Part shown: piece by piece, positions 24,708 to 38,938 of the stretch
Layout of the letters: every line of letters starts with the position of its first letter
How positions within the stretch are numbered: the first letter of the stretch is position 1
NCBI GenBank assembly: GCA_013239625.1
Contig: MU053166.1
Coordinates: forward strand, 62,001 to 126,000
Source: Lama guanicoe
Taxonomy: Eukaryota
Length of the DNA: 64,000 nt
Direction: 5' to 3'
Notes under the pieces: generated by a model
Seen by the model: only the letters and a program-made list of their open reading frames with translations
Told to the model about the DNA's origin: nothing
The model's database searches: none
Translations under genes and position numbers: made by a program

Positions 24708-27700
24708 TTGTTCAATAATTTATATAACTGGTCATCTCTTACAGCCTAAGATTTTCCCAGACAGTGATGTAAAAGAAAGGAGCCTGTCCATTTATACTGG
24801 CATAATCTGGTGAACAAGAGGCCATATGAATACAGGCCACTTGCTTAGGACACATAACCAATTCTAGAATATTTATTGTTCAATAAGAGACACAAGGAAA
24901 GCATACAGAAGCTCTCCACCAGTGATTATGTTTTGGGCACATACCAGATTACCCTTAAGTAATGGACATGTCTGAGTAGAGTTGAGCCTACATTCTCCCC
25001 GGTGCTATGAAATATTCAGAATCTTCCCGCTGTAGGATCCTTGAAAGAGCTTAGCAAGTGAAGGTATAACAGGGTGCTGGAAGGATGCTGAGTGTACTCA
25101 GGGCTTGTACAGAGAAGCAGTAGTGGAAGTCTGAAGTTTCCCGGGAGGAGGGAGAAAGTGACAGGTTAGTTTCCTGTCCGTCCCTTCCCCCCCAGTCCAT
25201 GTAAGTATCAGAGAGAGCCGGAAGGAAAGCACTTTCATAAATGGCACTGCCTTCCAGGGGTCAGTGGAAAGCTGTCCTTGAGGGTCCGTAATTGTGGTCC
25301 ATGGTCGCTGTCTAGGGCATTAAGGGAGGTTCTCCAGCGTCAGGAACACCCATTCTCTGTCTAGGCTCTAAAATCTCTGTTCTTTTCATTTTGCAAGCTC
25401 TGTATTTTGCTTTACTTGTTTTGTAAATGTGTTTGATGAAATGTAACTATTGGCTGCAGGTGTAAAAGTAGCCATCAGTAGTGGCGTTGTGTGTGGCCAG
25501 GACATAAAGCAAGCAGGGAGGAGACATCTGAAGAGAGGCCAGAGTGAGTGCTGTTTTTCCATGGCTCTGGTTCACAACAGACTGACAGGTTTTCTAGAGC
25601 TTCCTTCTCTTCCTTCCTAGATTTGTTTCCCCAAACCAGTCTTTTACACTCAGTCATATGGCCCCATCCATTATGTAGTTCACTTCTACTGCTGTGGGAA
25701 GGATATATTTAGCAGGAAAGGCAGTGAAGGTGAAGAGACCCATTGTTTACAAATACCAACCATCTTTGACCTCAGAAGTAGGGAAATGTGAATAAATAGA
25801 TTCTGAAAACCTAGAAATCCATAGCAAGCACCCGGGTAACATGCACAAGTGTCACAAAAAGAGGCTGCTTGTTTGAATCCCCATGCCTGTATGGGGAGGG
25901 CTGGAGCCAGTTTTGTGTGCAGGTGATCACGACACTGCAAAGCGCCTCCATCTGCTGGCGGTGGAGGGTGTTTATCCTTGATGTCCGTGTCCCAGGCGTC
26001 ACATACATGGTGTGCCCGCAGACCTCGCCGAAGAACAGAGGACAGATTTTGAGTGTAAGAAAGGCCCATTTTTTGAGTTGAAAACATTTGTGAATCTACA
26101 GTGGTTCCTCGCAGAATGTTTAGAATTTGTTCTTCAGGGAAAGAAATGAAACGCAATGTGTATGGGATGGAGAGAGACTCATGACAGGTAATTTGCAAGT
26201 CACAGAACAAGCCCAGTGAGGGTAAATGAAGGTGAGGCAGGGTTTTAGCCTTTTAGGCCAACTTTTTAGGCTTTGAAGATTGAATAATGCCACGACTATC
26301 AAGGCAGTGTGCATGGCTATAGAGAGAGAAACTGGTAACTCCTTTAGCTTAAGGGATGATCCAAGAAGTAATTAAGAGAATAGTATGTTGAGTGATGATG
26401 CATGTAAAAATCTGCATTCTAGTGTTTGAGGGTGGAGCTAAACAAGAGGATTTAGTTAAAGGGATGGTGTGTTTGGTCAGCAGTTTTGACGGGGTACTGG
26501 TTTCCCGGAGACGGGCAGAAAGCATATCATCAAAATGAGCATGATCTAGGGTAGGAGCTCCGAGTCAGTACCAGAGACAGAAAACCGTTCCATTTCCCAG
26601 AGCGGACTCAAATACGTAGGGCTGCAGTCCTCCAATCCGGGATGAGCAGAGGCAGAGAGTGAGATGGGCAGCGACACCTGGGTCAGAGTACGGGTCCGGG
26701 CTGAGGCCCATAAGGATGAGGCACGTTCCCATACAGATGTCACAAACACGGGCACTGGAAAGATAAAATGGACTTTTCCAAGTCTCTGAAGTCTGTGAAT
26801 TGAGTAATTTGAAGATTATGGAGACTAGGCATTTAGATAAAGATAATGAAAAAATGTTAGAAGAAAATTACGGGGAGAAGGAGCCAGTGAGGGAGGAAGG
26901 TGCTGCAGTGGGGCTCTTTCAGGCTGGAAGCAGAGAGATCTTTGGGGGACTCGGCCAAGGAGGATGGGCTGTGAAGAAACTGACTTCAGTCCTTCTTTCA
27001 TAGATGCTTCTGTTGGTTTGAAGCAGGGACAGGAATTCCTGAAACAAGTTACATTTTAGACAGTGCCCAGTAGGGTAGAAACGCTGACTAGAATACATGG
27101 AACTGTAAATGGAGGGCTTTGGTTCCCGCACTTGACCGCTCTTCCTCTGAGGTTCAGGATGTTCACTTTTTCTCTCTTCTCTCCCTCTCTCACCCTGTCC
27201 CCTCTATGCCCTGACTACTTCTGATTTTCTTGCCTTAATATGTGTAACATTTTTCTCTGTTGAGTACAAATGAAGTAGGAAATTCCCACAGTTGGTCACA
27301 GTTGGGTTAGATCCTATTGGTGAGGAAGCAAAACCCCGTGGGACTGGAAATTAGGGGGTGGAGTGTGGCTGTGCACACAGCTCCTCAGGTGCCTGGGCTT
27401 TGGCTCCTCGCACAACCTACCCTCCAGCGCCAGTGTGTTCTACCCATGGCGTGTTTGACGGGTCTCTTCTTCTGCTGGGTGCTGGGTGCCCTTTGTTGTG
27501 GGGGAGCTGATGTGTATTTTTCATGTGAAGCTCCAGGGAGCTGAGGATACTGAATTGAAATGGATGCCTAAAGTTGAATTCTAAGATCTGATGGAAGGAA
27601 AACAAAGCTGTGAGTCTTTATGAATTTGAGAAAAATCAGAGATTTGAGAAATGTTTGATACAGGCAGCAGAGACAATAGTTTTAAAAGAACTCCCAAGCT

Positions 27701-28374
27701 CGGAAGGTTTACTTTTGAGAAATCCTAGTTCAGGGGCTGTCTGAGGCTGGCATGCTGTCGAAGACAATGAGTCCCAGGAACCTTTGTAAGAACTCTGTGG
27801 GAAGTAATGGATCCAATCCATAAAAAGCTCTCACGGTCCGGTTTGAGTCAAGGGTTGGCTTGCCTGGACGACACTGATAGGAAGAAGAGTTTTGAAATGA
27901 CTGAAGAAGCACCTGTTGAGGAAAATAAAGCTATCGGAAAATAGATCAGAGGATAAAAGTGGGATCTGCAACATGGACAGTTCTGAGGGAATCCATTTCC
28001 AAATTCTCCACTTTCATTACACTGTTTTTTAATAAAACTCCCTTAGAACTTGCTTACATTCACACCAGCCCTTTTTGTACCTTTAACCATAAAGGTGCCA
28101 CCCCCACCCACCTCACTTATCTCAGATCTTACACTGTTGCACTGCCTGGGGGGTAGAATCCTCTTAGTGACGAGGGGATAATGTGTAAGCAATGATTTGA
28201 GGGAAGCCTCTTTTGATGACTTTTCAAGCCACTCTAAACGATGCAGCTTACTGATTGTGCCTGTTTATATAGGTTTTTTTTTTTCCTCTAAGGGTGAAGC
28301 TTGTATCTTATTGGAATACTGATATTGAATTCTGAACAACAGCAGTGGTAGGGCTACTGATTCTTGCTCATCTA

Positions 28375-28590
28375 ACCCAGTTATTCCTGATGGAGAGGGC
28401 AGTCCTCGCTCCCCTGGGAACGTTTGTCAGCATCTGGAGATATTTTTCTTGTCATAAATGTGGACATGAATGCTACTGGCATCTAGGAGGGGAGGTCCAG
28501 AATGCTGCTAAGCCTCTTACTAGTGTGTGGGCCCCACTTCCTCCCCCAAACCCCGCAAATGTCAATAGTGCAGAATGTGAAAGTCATTGT
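28375..28590. mobile_element. MER20 (hAT-Charlie)
   Basis: tctggagatattttt...tgctactggcatctag...atgctgctaa...aaatgtcaatagtgc. Confidence 0.8.
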
Positions 28591-28849
28591 TTAAATGTGA
28601 GTAGAATACATTTTGTTATACCGTATTTTTCAAAGTGGAATAGATAAAATTCTGAGATAAGTAAAGTTATTGTTATTCCAGTAATAGTTATCTTTCACTA
28701 TCTGTTATAAAAATTTAACATATTCCATCGTGTACTTCAAAAACAAACTTACTTAAACTTATAAAAAGTATAGGTATCAAGTTAAAGGTCTGAGGGAAAT
28801 GAATCTCGTCCTCTCTGCCTGGAATCTACTTTTCCTTAGGTACCCTCAT

Positions 28850-29410
28850 GACTCACTCTTGTTTCTCCATCAGTAATTTCTTAAAATGTTTCCCTTTTAA
28901 TAATAAGGTCTTCCCCAGCCACACTATTTAAAATTATAATCTATTCCTGCACCCATGCACTTCTATCCACCTTGTCTGTTATATTTTTCCCTATCAATTA
29001 TCACCGTCTACTAGGATGGATATTTTACTTTATTATCTTATTATCCCAAGTCTCCTCTTACTCCTTGAAACATCAGCCCCTGTGAGGATGGGGATATGCT
29101 TCTCTTTTGTTCAAGGCTGCCTTCTCCACAACTAAAGATAAACTGGGAGTTCGAGATTTGCAGATACTGACTGGTTTATATAAAACAGATAAACAAGTTT
29201 CTACTGTATAGCACACAGAAATATATTTAATATCTTGAAGTAGCTCACGGTGAAAAAATGAAAATGAATATATGACTGAAGAATTGTGCTGCACACCAGA
29301 AATTGACACAATATAAATTGACTATACCTCAATAAAAAAAAAGAATACTTGGCACAAAGTGAATACTTGGCATGAAGTAAATATTTAACATTTGTAGAAT
29401 AAATGAAAAA
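28850..29410 (+). mobile_element. L2 3' end, interrupted by a young L1 3' end
   Basis: ccctgtgaggatgggga...tttgttca...ttggcaca...tttgtagaataaatgaa. Confidence 0.6.
29135..29342 (+). mobile_element. Young L1 3' end
   Basis: gataaactgggagttcgagatttgcagatac...gactatacctcaataaaaaaaaa. Confidence 0.85.
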
Positions 29411-30339
29411 TTACATTGTGGTGGGGAGAAAGCACTGAAAGGCTTCTGGGGAGCCACTGGAGAGTAGTAGGCACAATGACTAGGTTAGGGACACCGGAAG
29501 GATACAGGGAGAGTTGTGGACTTTTTATTCAGGATAGCCAGGGAACGTGGCTGAGCTTGGTAACCGGGAGATGCCACTGAGAATCCTAGATTATCCAGAG
29601 AAATTTGAACTGCCTAGGCTGAGCGGGGAGTAACTAATAATCTAGCACATATGAACCTGCCTAACAGAAAAGGCAAACTCCAAAATGAAGAGACATATTG
29701 ATGATAATGTGAGGGAGAGCTGTGGTGAGAATCATTGAGGTTTTTGCTTTAGCCGGTAGGTCACCTGGCTTGAATTGACACTTGAAATGAAAATATATAC
29801 AAACTTATGCATTTATCATGCACTGTTTGGTATAGTATGAAAGAAACACCCAGTCTCCAGTTGAAACATCTGTGATTGACAGCCCAGAATGTATATTAAC
29901 AAGCTTATCGATAACCAGCCTGCTTCAGCGTAAGAGCCAGCCCTGTGGCAAGTGTTCCAGGACTGATTGACAAGGGGAGCAGTTGCAGGACATGCCAAGT
30001 GATGAGGATAGGCCATTAGTAATGAAGTAAGAGCTTTTCAAAATTGGAAGTATTTACCAGTGTGTGATGGCCCAGTTGGAGTAATTTGTGCAACCTGCTT
30101 TCTAGGGGGGAAAACCTATTTGCATACAGCATCCTGCTGTGAAATTTTCACATGGCCAAGCTGGTAAAGAGAAACTTCTTTGTTGTGGAGCCATTGATGT
30201 GACTGGAGAGGATGCTCAGATCACTCTTTCTGGGAGACTCTCATTGCTTGATTGGTTGTTTGATGGAGCCATTTGTTCAACCAACAGACATTAATTGGCA
30301 ACCTGCTCTGGGCCTATCAGGAGTGTGTCACTCTTAAGA

Positions 30340-30560
30340 TCCTCAATTTTGAAGTCTGACAAAGCTGGCTCCAAATCACGATTCTTAACCCTTAGTTCTT
30401 TTTCAAAAAACTCAGACCAGGTAACTCCTGCATCTCAGTTTCAACATCCATAAAAAAGGAGTGAATCATAGCTCTCACATATCATGTTGAGGGGCTTAGG
30501 GGACACATTGTATATGAGCTGAGAAAGGTTTCTGGCACACAGTGAGCTCAGAATATGTAG
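30340..30560 (+). mobile_element. MIR remnant
   Basis: ctcagtttcaacatccataaaa...tctggcacacagtgagctca. Confidence 0.6.
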
Positions 30561-33523
30561 CAGTACTTTTTGCCACCGCTAAGAGAGTAGAGATGCTTGC
30601 GGGAGACCAGAGGACTACTCTCTGAGTGGCCATAGTTGGGGCTCAAAAATATCTCCAAAGACTCTATTGCATCCAGTGAGAGTTAAGCCTAAATCTTCAA
30701 GTTGAATGTGAAATACTAAACCGTGCAAGGTGAAGAGAACACATATTCAATACGAAGGATTAAGTGAATATGTCATGTAGAAGTTAAATCAACATGGAGA
30801 AGAAAAAGTGGGTGTTTTGGAAGTCTGTGCAGTTAAGGGAAATCTTGGCTGGATAAGCTGTGTGGTCACATTGGATAGCATGAACTGAAACCTTTCTCTT
30901 GAAAGTCGCCTGCAGGGAAGGGGAGGAAGGGATCATTCATGCATGGAGTCACGTGTTAGCTGGTCACCACAGCGAGACTCTGAATCAGCTAAAAAAAAGC
31001 GCGTTTCTCTTGTGCCAGGTGGCCATCCCCACTCTGGGCTGTGCGTTCTTTGTGGCTGTCTGCCTGTCTGTGTCTAGCTCTCACTCTCTGTCTAGCTCTT
31101 TATTTTTTCATTACTACTGATTTGGTGGCCAATTCTACAGACAGATGAATTTTTGGAACATTAATAGTGTCAAGGATAAATATTTGAAGGAAAAAAAAGG
31201 ATAACTTATGGATGGAATTCAAGGTATTAGAGACTAGACTGATTCCCACACCTGAAAACAAAACAAAAAGCCAAACCCCATGAAGTCAGAGCCCTGCAAT
31301 CTTGCCATGGGATGTCTCTGAGGAAATTAACTGGGGAAAATGCCTTTAATTGGCATTCAGATTTCTAACATAGCTCTACTTAATTCCCTTTCAGGACATA
31401 CTAGAGGAGAGCTTACCCATCACAGCTTGGTTTGAATGTGGTTAGCCGTCCAGTCCTCAGTTATGAGACTCACTGGCCACAGTACTGAAAGAAAAGCTTA
31501 TGTATTGCTTGGGGCTACGTTTCCTGCACTTTTTTTTAAACAACTTAGATGAAAACAACCAAGAACAAGGCAGAGGTTAATAGTAATAAAATCTGCTCTT
31601 CAACACTGGAAGTATGTTACCAGGCATGTGGCCTCTAGGGTGACAGCGAATAGGGATGCCACAGGTCAAGGTCACAAACCTCACTGTTGTGAATATTCTT
31701 AGTGTATCTCATAAGAGTAAAAGGTTTGGGGTAACAGAAATTACTGTGGCAAAATTTTTAAAATGTCAAGAACAACACTTTGACTCTAAGGCTATGAAAT
31801 TATTCTCCAGTCTCATTCTACCTCTGTTTATTTCTGTTAAACTATTTCTTGTTTGCTTATTCTCTGGAAGTTGCAGTTGGTGTGTTTGGAGTGTTTTTTA
31901 AATCTAATTGTCTAGAGCTACTTAGTGGAATTTCTCAGTTGGTGTGAGAGGATGTAGCCGAGAATGGATAGTCATGTTTTCAGACTGTCCATCTTTGAAT
32001 ACATGAATATGGATAGACGCGCTCTTAGAAATCCACTGCCCCTAGTCCTGACATGTCTCTAGGTACTCCCCACTGCCCCCGTTGTTTCTTCTCTTTCTGC
32101 TCATGATGTTTGGTTCTTTTTCTCTTTATTTTGCTGCCCGTGTGTTTGGTGTATCACGTGGGATTGTTCAAGAAGGCTCACGTCTGAAATAGGAATGCAG
32201 GCAAGTTCAAGGCAGCTAGGGAGTTCACAGGTGTCATCCCCAATCTGTCTGAGTGCTGAGTAATAAGTGAACAATAGTTCCTCTTCAGCAGGACTCTGGA
32301 GGAACACTGATGATCAGGAAATCTCCAAACTCAAACCGCGACGAGTTTGTACTTAGCAGTCTAGTTATGAGGAGGACTACTGATCTCTGGGAGAAGTGCG
32401 TAGTGCGAGTAGAGGTGTCTCTGCCAGCAGGTGCTAAACAAGATGAGATGCGTGCCAGGCCCCAGGACTCGGACAAGGGGCATGGGGAGTGAGTTACAAG
32501 CACTCTTTAAATTTGGAGACAGTCAACATCCCAGTTGAAATTATTTAAAAAAAATACTCTTCTAAGAAAAAACCCAAGGAGTGGTCTTAGGTTATTAAAT
32601 GAATTGTTCAGAGCAGGAAAAACAATGCAAATCAGGAGAAAAAGCCTGTGGTGTGTAAATACCCCCCGAGTGCTTGTGGCATTTAGTGCTTGTTTAGTGC
32701 TGAAAGGCTCTTAACATGACCGTTATTAAGATTTAACTTGAGGCTGTCTATCTCTCTGCTACTTTTCTACTCATTCTTCTCATTGTTTGCGTTTTTCCAT
32801 TCAGCCATGTATATCAGACACATGTTCATCCCACTGTTAGCTTATGTAAGCTGAGCCTGAGCATGGATGCCACCAGTAAGATTTGACCAGAGAGAACATT
32901 CATGGAGTAAGGGTGAGGGCAGAAAGATGGTGTCTGTGGAAGGTTTAGAAAGGTCAACCATGACCTTAGGGACTGGATTGCTGTCTTCAGTGGAGAGGGG
33001 ACTCCATGAATACCCTTACTGCACAAATACTCTTACACCAGGATTTTTTTTTTTACCATCATATAGCCTTATTCAGACTAGTATCTTTGTCCTGTGTGTG
33101 GAATACTTGAACCATAGAAGAGAGGATATTCTCCGAATAACTGCATTCCAGAAAGAAAATCCAAAAAAAGAAATTAATCAAGATTTAATTAAAAGAGTAT
33201 CTATTAAATTCTAGAATTTCTAAGTTCATATGAATAGAGGTTGAGGACCTTATTAATTCAAGGAAACCCAGGGAATCAGAGATATGCTCGAGACTGATTA
33301 GAATGTATCAAATAATGTTTTACAGTAATGATGATAAAAATGTGAAGTTCTTTGTAGAGCTTGAAACATTGTCATCAAATCTGTTTATTATAATTCTATA
33401 TTTGTTCCATGGCAGGTATTTTTGAGCATCAGAAAGCTTTGATGCTAAAACCAATGAGGAAGCTAAAACTGATGGAATGACTATGAAACAGTGAGAAATG
33501 CTTAAAATAAATTTTGAAAGGAA

Positions 33524-33783
33524 GTGGACAGAGAACTTCTGTTTTAGTTTAGTGTATTAAAGAATTCACAATATTCTCATTCCCTTGGTAAAAGCAACAA
33601 AAAAAACTGGAAAAAAAATGAAGATTTTTCTATAGGGCTAATGAAGAACAGTATGTGGACAGAGAACTTCTGTTTTAGTTTGTGTATTAAAGAATTCACA
33701 ATATTCTCATTCCCTTGGTAAAAGCAAGAAAAAAAAACTGGAAAAAAAATGAAGATTTTTCTATAGGGCTAATGAAGAACAGT
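33524..33783. repeat. ~131-bp tandem duplication
   Basis: gtggacagagaacttctg at 33524 and 33655; both units end gaagaacagt. Confidence 0.95.
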
Positions 33784-34619
33784 GACTCCAAGGAAGCCTT
33801 GATGAACTGAATTCTGGAGAAAAGCAGAACCCTTCAAAGGGCAGCAGACTTGCAGTGCAGTTTCTAGAAATGAGCAGAGGGAGACATGGGCTTGCCACGG
33901 AAGGACAGAATTGAGAGGGACAAGACAGTATGAGCTGAGTATTGAATGACTTGTGATTTAGATGGATAATGTGAAAATCCTGAAGATCCCCAAATGTAAA
34001 AGTAACTCACTGGGCTTAATCATTCTCAGGGCACCTTCACTACTGACTTTTGTACAGGGAGCAGCAGTGAAGAGACTGGAGAATGGAAAGAAATAATGTG
34101 TTCTTGAGATTTATCATGGTACTTAGATTACAGGGCTGTGCCTGAGTTAAATCTAAGCATGACCCCAAATTGTATGAATTGTCAGCCCCATCCCCTCCCA
34201 GTTCAAATAATGACAAGATCAATGAAAAGCACAGTCACAGGAGATTTTGGCTTCAGCTAATCACAGGTGAATTCAGCCTAATTTAAAACTGATCCAAATG
34301 TCACTCAACTTGATGGAAGGAAGAACCTCAGTGGGATATGGGTTGTCTTGTAATAAATGGCAAAACAAAATATTATACTTCTATCTCTAGAATTTTACAA
34401 TAATGTCTACACTAATCTAAACAGTGTAGATAAATAGAAAAGTATGACCCCCCAGATCAACAGAAAATCCAGTTATTAGAAGGCTCCCCAGGTATAATCA
34501 ATTATTGGATACAACATACAAGGGCCTTTAAAACATTTTAACTATGTTAAGTTATAGAGAAATATTTAAGTAAAAATGAGGAATATCATGCAGCGAAATT
34601 AAAAGTAGAATGAATAGGA

Positions 34620-35560
34620 CAAATAGAAATCAATTAGGAAGGTGGCTGACTTAAACCCAATGGTATCGATAATTTCATTAAAGAAAAATGACCTGATTAA
34701 TCATATTAAAAGGCAGAGGTTGTCAGACTGGATGCAAAGCAATATACTGCAATATGCCACTGGGGCAAAATGCTTTTTAAAAGGACACATACCCTAAAAG
34801 TAGAAAGATGAAATGTATAAACCGTGAACATAATACTCATGATAGTTTTGCTGTATTAACATCAGAGACAGCGCACTTCAGGCAATAGCACGTTGCTGGA
34901 GGGATCGATATTCCGTAGTGGTAAGAGGGATACTTTGTTAAGACGGAGGAATGCTAAATGTTACACACCTTATAACAGAAATTCTAAGTGCATAAAAGGT
35001 ATAAGAGAAGAAATAGATATAACTACAATTATATTTGGAGATTTTAACATTCCTACCCAGTAATTGAAAGAATAGGCAAACATAGTAGTAAGAGCATGAA
35101 AGGGTTGAATAACACTGTCAACCAACATGATCTGTTAGACATTGTAGGGCTCTAAACCCAACAAAGTTAGAATCATATTCTTTTCAAATGCAAATGGAAT
35201 ATTAATTAAGATAGACACTATGCTGAGCCATAAAATGGCAAAGGACTGAAATCCCGGAGTATGCTTTCTGATCACAACGAAATGAATTTAGAAATTAGTA
35301 ACATTCAGATATTCTGAAAAATCCCCAAATGTTTGGAAAGGAGACTACACATCTGAAATAACCACTATGTCAATGAAGTGACAAGGAGGTTTAGAATGTA
35401 TTTCAAATTAATGATGAGTTTTAAAAACATGACATTTGTGGGATACTGCTATGCAAGAGAAATGCATGGCTTAAAACCTGTATATTGGAAAAGAAGACAG
35501 CTTTCAAAATCGATGACATGTTTCCATCCAAAGAAGCTAGAAAATAAAGAGCAAGATGTT
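34620..35560 (+). mobile_element. Old L1 ORF2 endonuclease-region fragment
   Basis: ttaaaaggcagaggttgtcagactggat, ggagattttaacattcc, ttctgatcacaacgaaatgaatttagaaat. Confidence 0.75.
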
Positions 35561-35844
35561 GTGATGCTAGCAAATAGTTGAAGAAGATGACACTATACTT
35601 ACTTAAGTGTGCATAGGCTGAGCAGAGAGGGCTTGAGGTGACACTCAGCCAACATAATCTCCCTCCCTCCCTCTCCCTCTCTATCTCCCCCATCTTTCTC
35701 ACTCCATTACCCCTCCCCCACCCCCGCCCTGCTTCACCAACATAGCACGCGTAGCCACACACATGTTCTCTCTGGAGAAGCCTCACGGGTAAGGCAGCTA
35801 GGAGTCATAAACCCTCACGTCAACCTGAGTGTGCTTTAGCATCA

Positions 35845-35874
35845 NNNNNNNNNNNNNNNNNNNNNNNNNNNNNN
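35845..35874. other. Assembly gap
   Basis: 30 N. Confidence 1.
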
Positions 35875-36005
35875 TTAGGGGACAAGATTTCAAGTGAAAT
35901 CCTCAAGATCTGGACATGATAAATGTGCATAGGCACTTTACTACACTTTAGAATTTCTTAGCTCACGGAAGAACAAAAGTAGCCTAATATGAGTTAGACC
36001 AGGTA

Positions 36006-38938
36006 TTTGGGAAATATGTTTAAGGTTAGGTGAACTTTTTGATGTCTTCTAAAGAAAGGAAAGACAAATTTAGGGAAATGGCTTTTAGGAGTAAGTTTAT
36101 GAATTAAAAAAATTAATGGAGAATTAAGAAAAAATGTAGGAAACTCTGAAAAGTTATAGCTTTGTAACTTTTTTTTAAAACTCTGGCCTTTGATTTTGCA
36201 ATCTCTGAAATGGAATGACCTATCTCCTTCATAAAGTTACTTTGCAGGTTGAATGAGATGATGCATGTAAACTACTTAGAGTACCTGCCACTCAGCATGG
36301 GCTCAATAGATGTAGCTGTAGTCATTTTTTATTCTACTCCATAAAGAGAGCAGAGATCCTGGGGAGATGTAGAGGAGTTCCTCATGAGTGAGTGAAATAT
36401 GAAACTCATAAACTCTTTCCGAGAATAAGATCCTCTCCATTGAAAATTAAGTTCTCCTGTCAGAAGTGAAATATGAAGAAAATTGCACTGTGCCATATTT
36501 AGTACACATGATTCCTAAAATGATGTGCTAGAAAAAAATACAATAAATACTGTGTTGACATTGAGCCAATTAGGCAAGTAGAAACCGGTCATTATATTTC
36601 AAGTTTGTGCGAAAGGGCAATACTTTCTCATAGTAAGTAGATTGTAGCTTATTCTGGGAATATTGAGCTGGTACTCTTCCCCTTCACTCCCACTGCACAC
36701 AGGGACATGGCTATTGACAGAAAGAGAGAGGGATGAAACTTAAGTCAGTTTGCAGATGTACTGTCACCAACATGAAGCTCCTGGGCCGAATGCACCATGA
36801 TGGATGTCCCGGAACCTCTGTCCCCGGAGCATCAAAGGGGAGAGTGTGTCTCTTCCTATATCAGGCTGGTTATTTACTGCTCCAGCTCTGCAGTTTTTTT
36901 TCATTGTTGTAACTGAATGTCTCTACATGTCCTTTATCTTTCTCTTAGCTCTTTCTCCCTCTCCTACTTTCTTTTTCTCTGATTAATCTTTTTCTGTGTG
37001 TTTTTAAAAATAAGTTTATGTTTTTCATTCATCCCCAGCTGGTATTCTTTTAATGATGAAAATTAAGTTATGGCAGGTGGCACATGGAGGAGAATTTAAT
37101 AAAGTCTCCAGAATGCCTGTGGAGAGAAATAGGCATATTGGTGACTAAGGAATACTACAGCATTAAAGTCAACTTCTGGTCCTTTACATGGAATGTACCA
37201 GAAAGGGAAAAGGCTGATCTAGAATGAGCTGTGTCACAGGGGCAAATAGGTGGGGCCACCAATATGGTCTTGCAGGACATGTCAGAGAATCAGTAAAAAG
37301 AATAAACCTGTATTATGAATATTTTCTGTGTGCAAAATTTCCAGTAGTAGCCTGTATCTTAGTGGAAGTTTTAGCATCAACCATGAATGAGACTCCAAAT
37401 AGCACCTGTCAAGATTGCATTAGAAAGAAAGAAAATTATCAGTCAGGGACTAAATCTGGTAACTGAAAATTATATTGGGAAATATTTAAGGTTAGGTGAA
37501 CTTTTTGACGTCTTCTAAAGAAAGGAAAGACAAATTTAGGGAAATGGCTTTTAGGAGTAAGTTTATGAATTAAAAAAATTAATGGAGAATTAAGAAAAAA
37601 CATAGGAAACTGAAAAGTTATAGCTTTGTAACTTTTTTTTTTAACCTCTGGGCTTTGGTTTTGCAATCTCTGAAATGGAATGACCTATCTCCTTCATAAA
37701 GTTACTTTGCAGGTTGAATGAGATGATGCATGTAAACTACTTAGAGTACCTGCCACTCAGCATGAGCTCAATAGATGTAGCTGTAGTCATTTTTTATTCT
37801 ACTCCATAAAGAGAGCAGAGATCCTGGGGAGATGTAGAGGAGTTCCTCATGAGTGAGTGAAATATGAAACTCATAAACTCTTTCCGAGAATAAGATCCTC
37901 TCCATTGAAAATTAAGTTCTCCTGTCAGAAGTGAAATATGAAGAAAATTGCACTGTGCCATATTTAGTACACATGATTCCTAAAATGATGTGCTAGAAAA
38001 AAATACAATAAATACTGTGTTGACATTGAGCCAATTAGGCAAGTAGAAACCGGTCATTATATTTCAAGTTTGTGCGAAAGGGCAATACTTTCTCATAGTA
38101 AGTAGATTGTAGCTTATTCTGGGAATATTGAGCTGGTACTCTTCCCCTTCACTCCCACTGCACACAGGAACATGGCTATTGACAGAAAGAGAGAGGGATG
38201 AAACTTAAGTCAAGTTGCAGATGTACTGTCACCAACATGAGGCTCCTGGGCCGAATGCACCGTGATGGATGTCCTGGCACCACTGTCTCCGGAGCATCAA
38301 AGGGGAGAGTGTGTCTCTTCCTATATCAGGCTGGTTATTTACTGTGCCAGCTCTGCAATTTTTTTTCATCATTGTAACTGAATGTCTCTACATGTCCTTT
38401 ATCCTTCTCTTAGCTCTTTCTCCCTCTCCTACTTTCTTTTTCTCTGATTAATCTTTTTCTGTGTGTTTTTAAAAATAAGTTTATGTTTTTCATTCATCCC
38501 CAGCTGGTATTCTTTTAATGATGAAAATTAAGTTATGGCAGGTGGCACATGGAGGAGAATTTAATAAAGTCTCCAGAATGCCTGTGGAGAGAAATAGGCA
38601 TATTAGTGACTAAGGAATACTACAGCATTAAAGTCACCTCCTGGTCCTTTACATGGAATGTGCCAGAAAGGGAAAAGGCTAATCTAGAATGAGCTATGTC
38701 ACAGGGGCAAATAGGTGGGGCCACCAATATGGTCTTGCAGGACATGTCAGAGAATCAGTAAAAAGAATAAACCTGTGTTATGAATATTTTCTGTGTGCAA
38801 AATTTCCAGTAGTAGCCTGTATCTTAGTGGAAGTTTTAGCATCAACCATGAATGAGACTCCAAATAGCACCTGTCAAGATTGCATTAGAAAGAAAGAAAA
38901 TTATCAGTCAGGGACTAAATCTGGTAACTGAAAATTAT
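36006..38938. repeat. 1465-bp tandem duplication
   Basis: Both units end ctggtaactgaaaattat (37473 and 38938); paired chance ORFs 36804/38269 and 37224/38689 are offset by 1465. Confidence 0.97.

Noticed and set aside
25686..26210. 174-aa ORF in a mildly CpG-richer region
   Set aside because: No recognisable domain or exon structure; consistent with a chance ORF.
36804..38931. Paired near-identical small ORFs suggesting a gene family
   Set aside because: By-product of the 1465-bp duplication; no coding signature.
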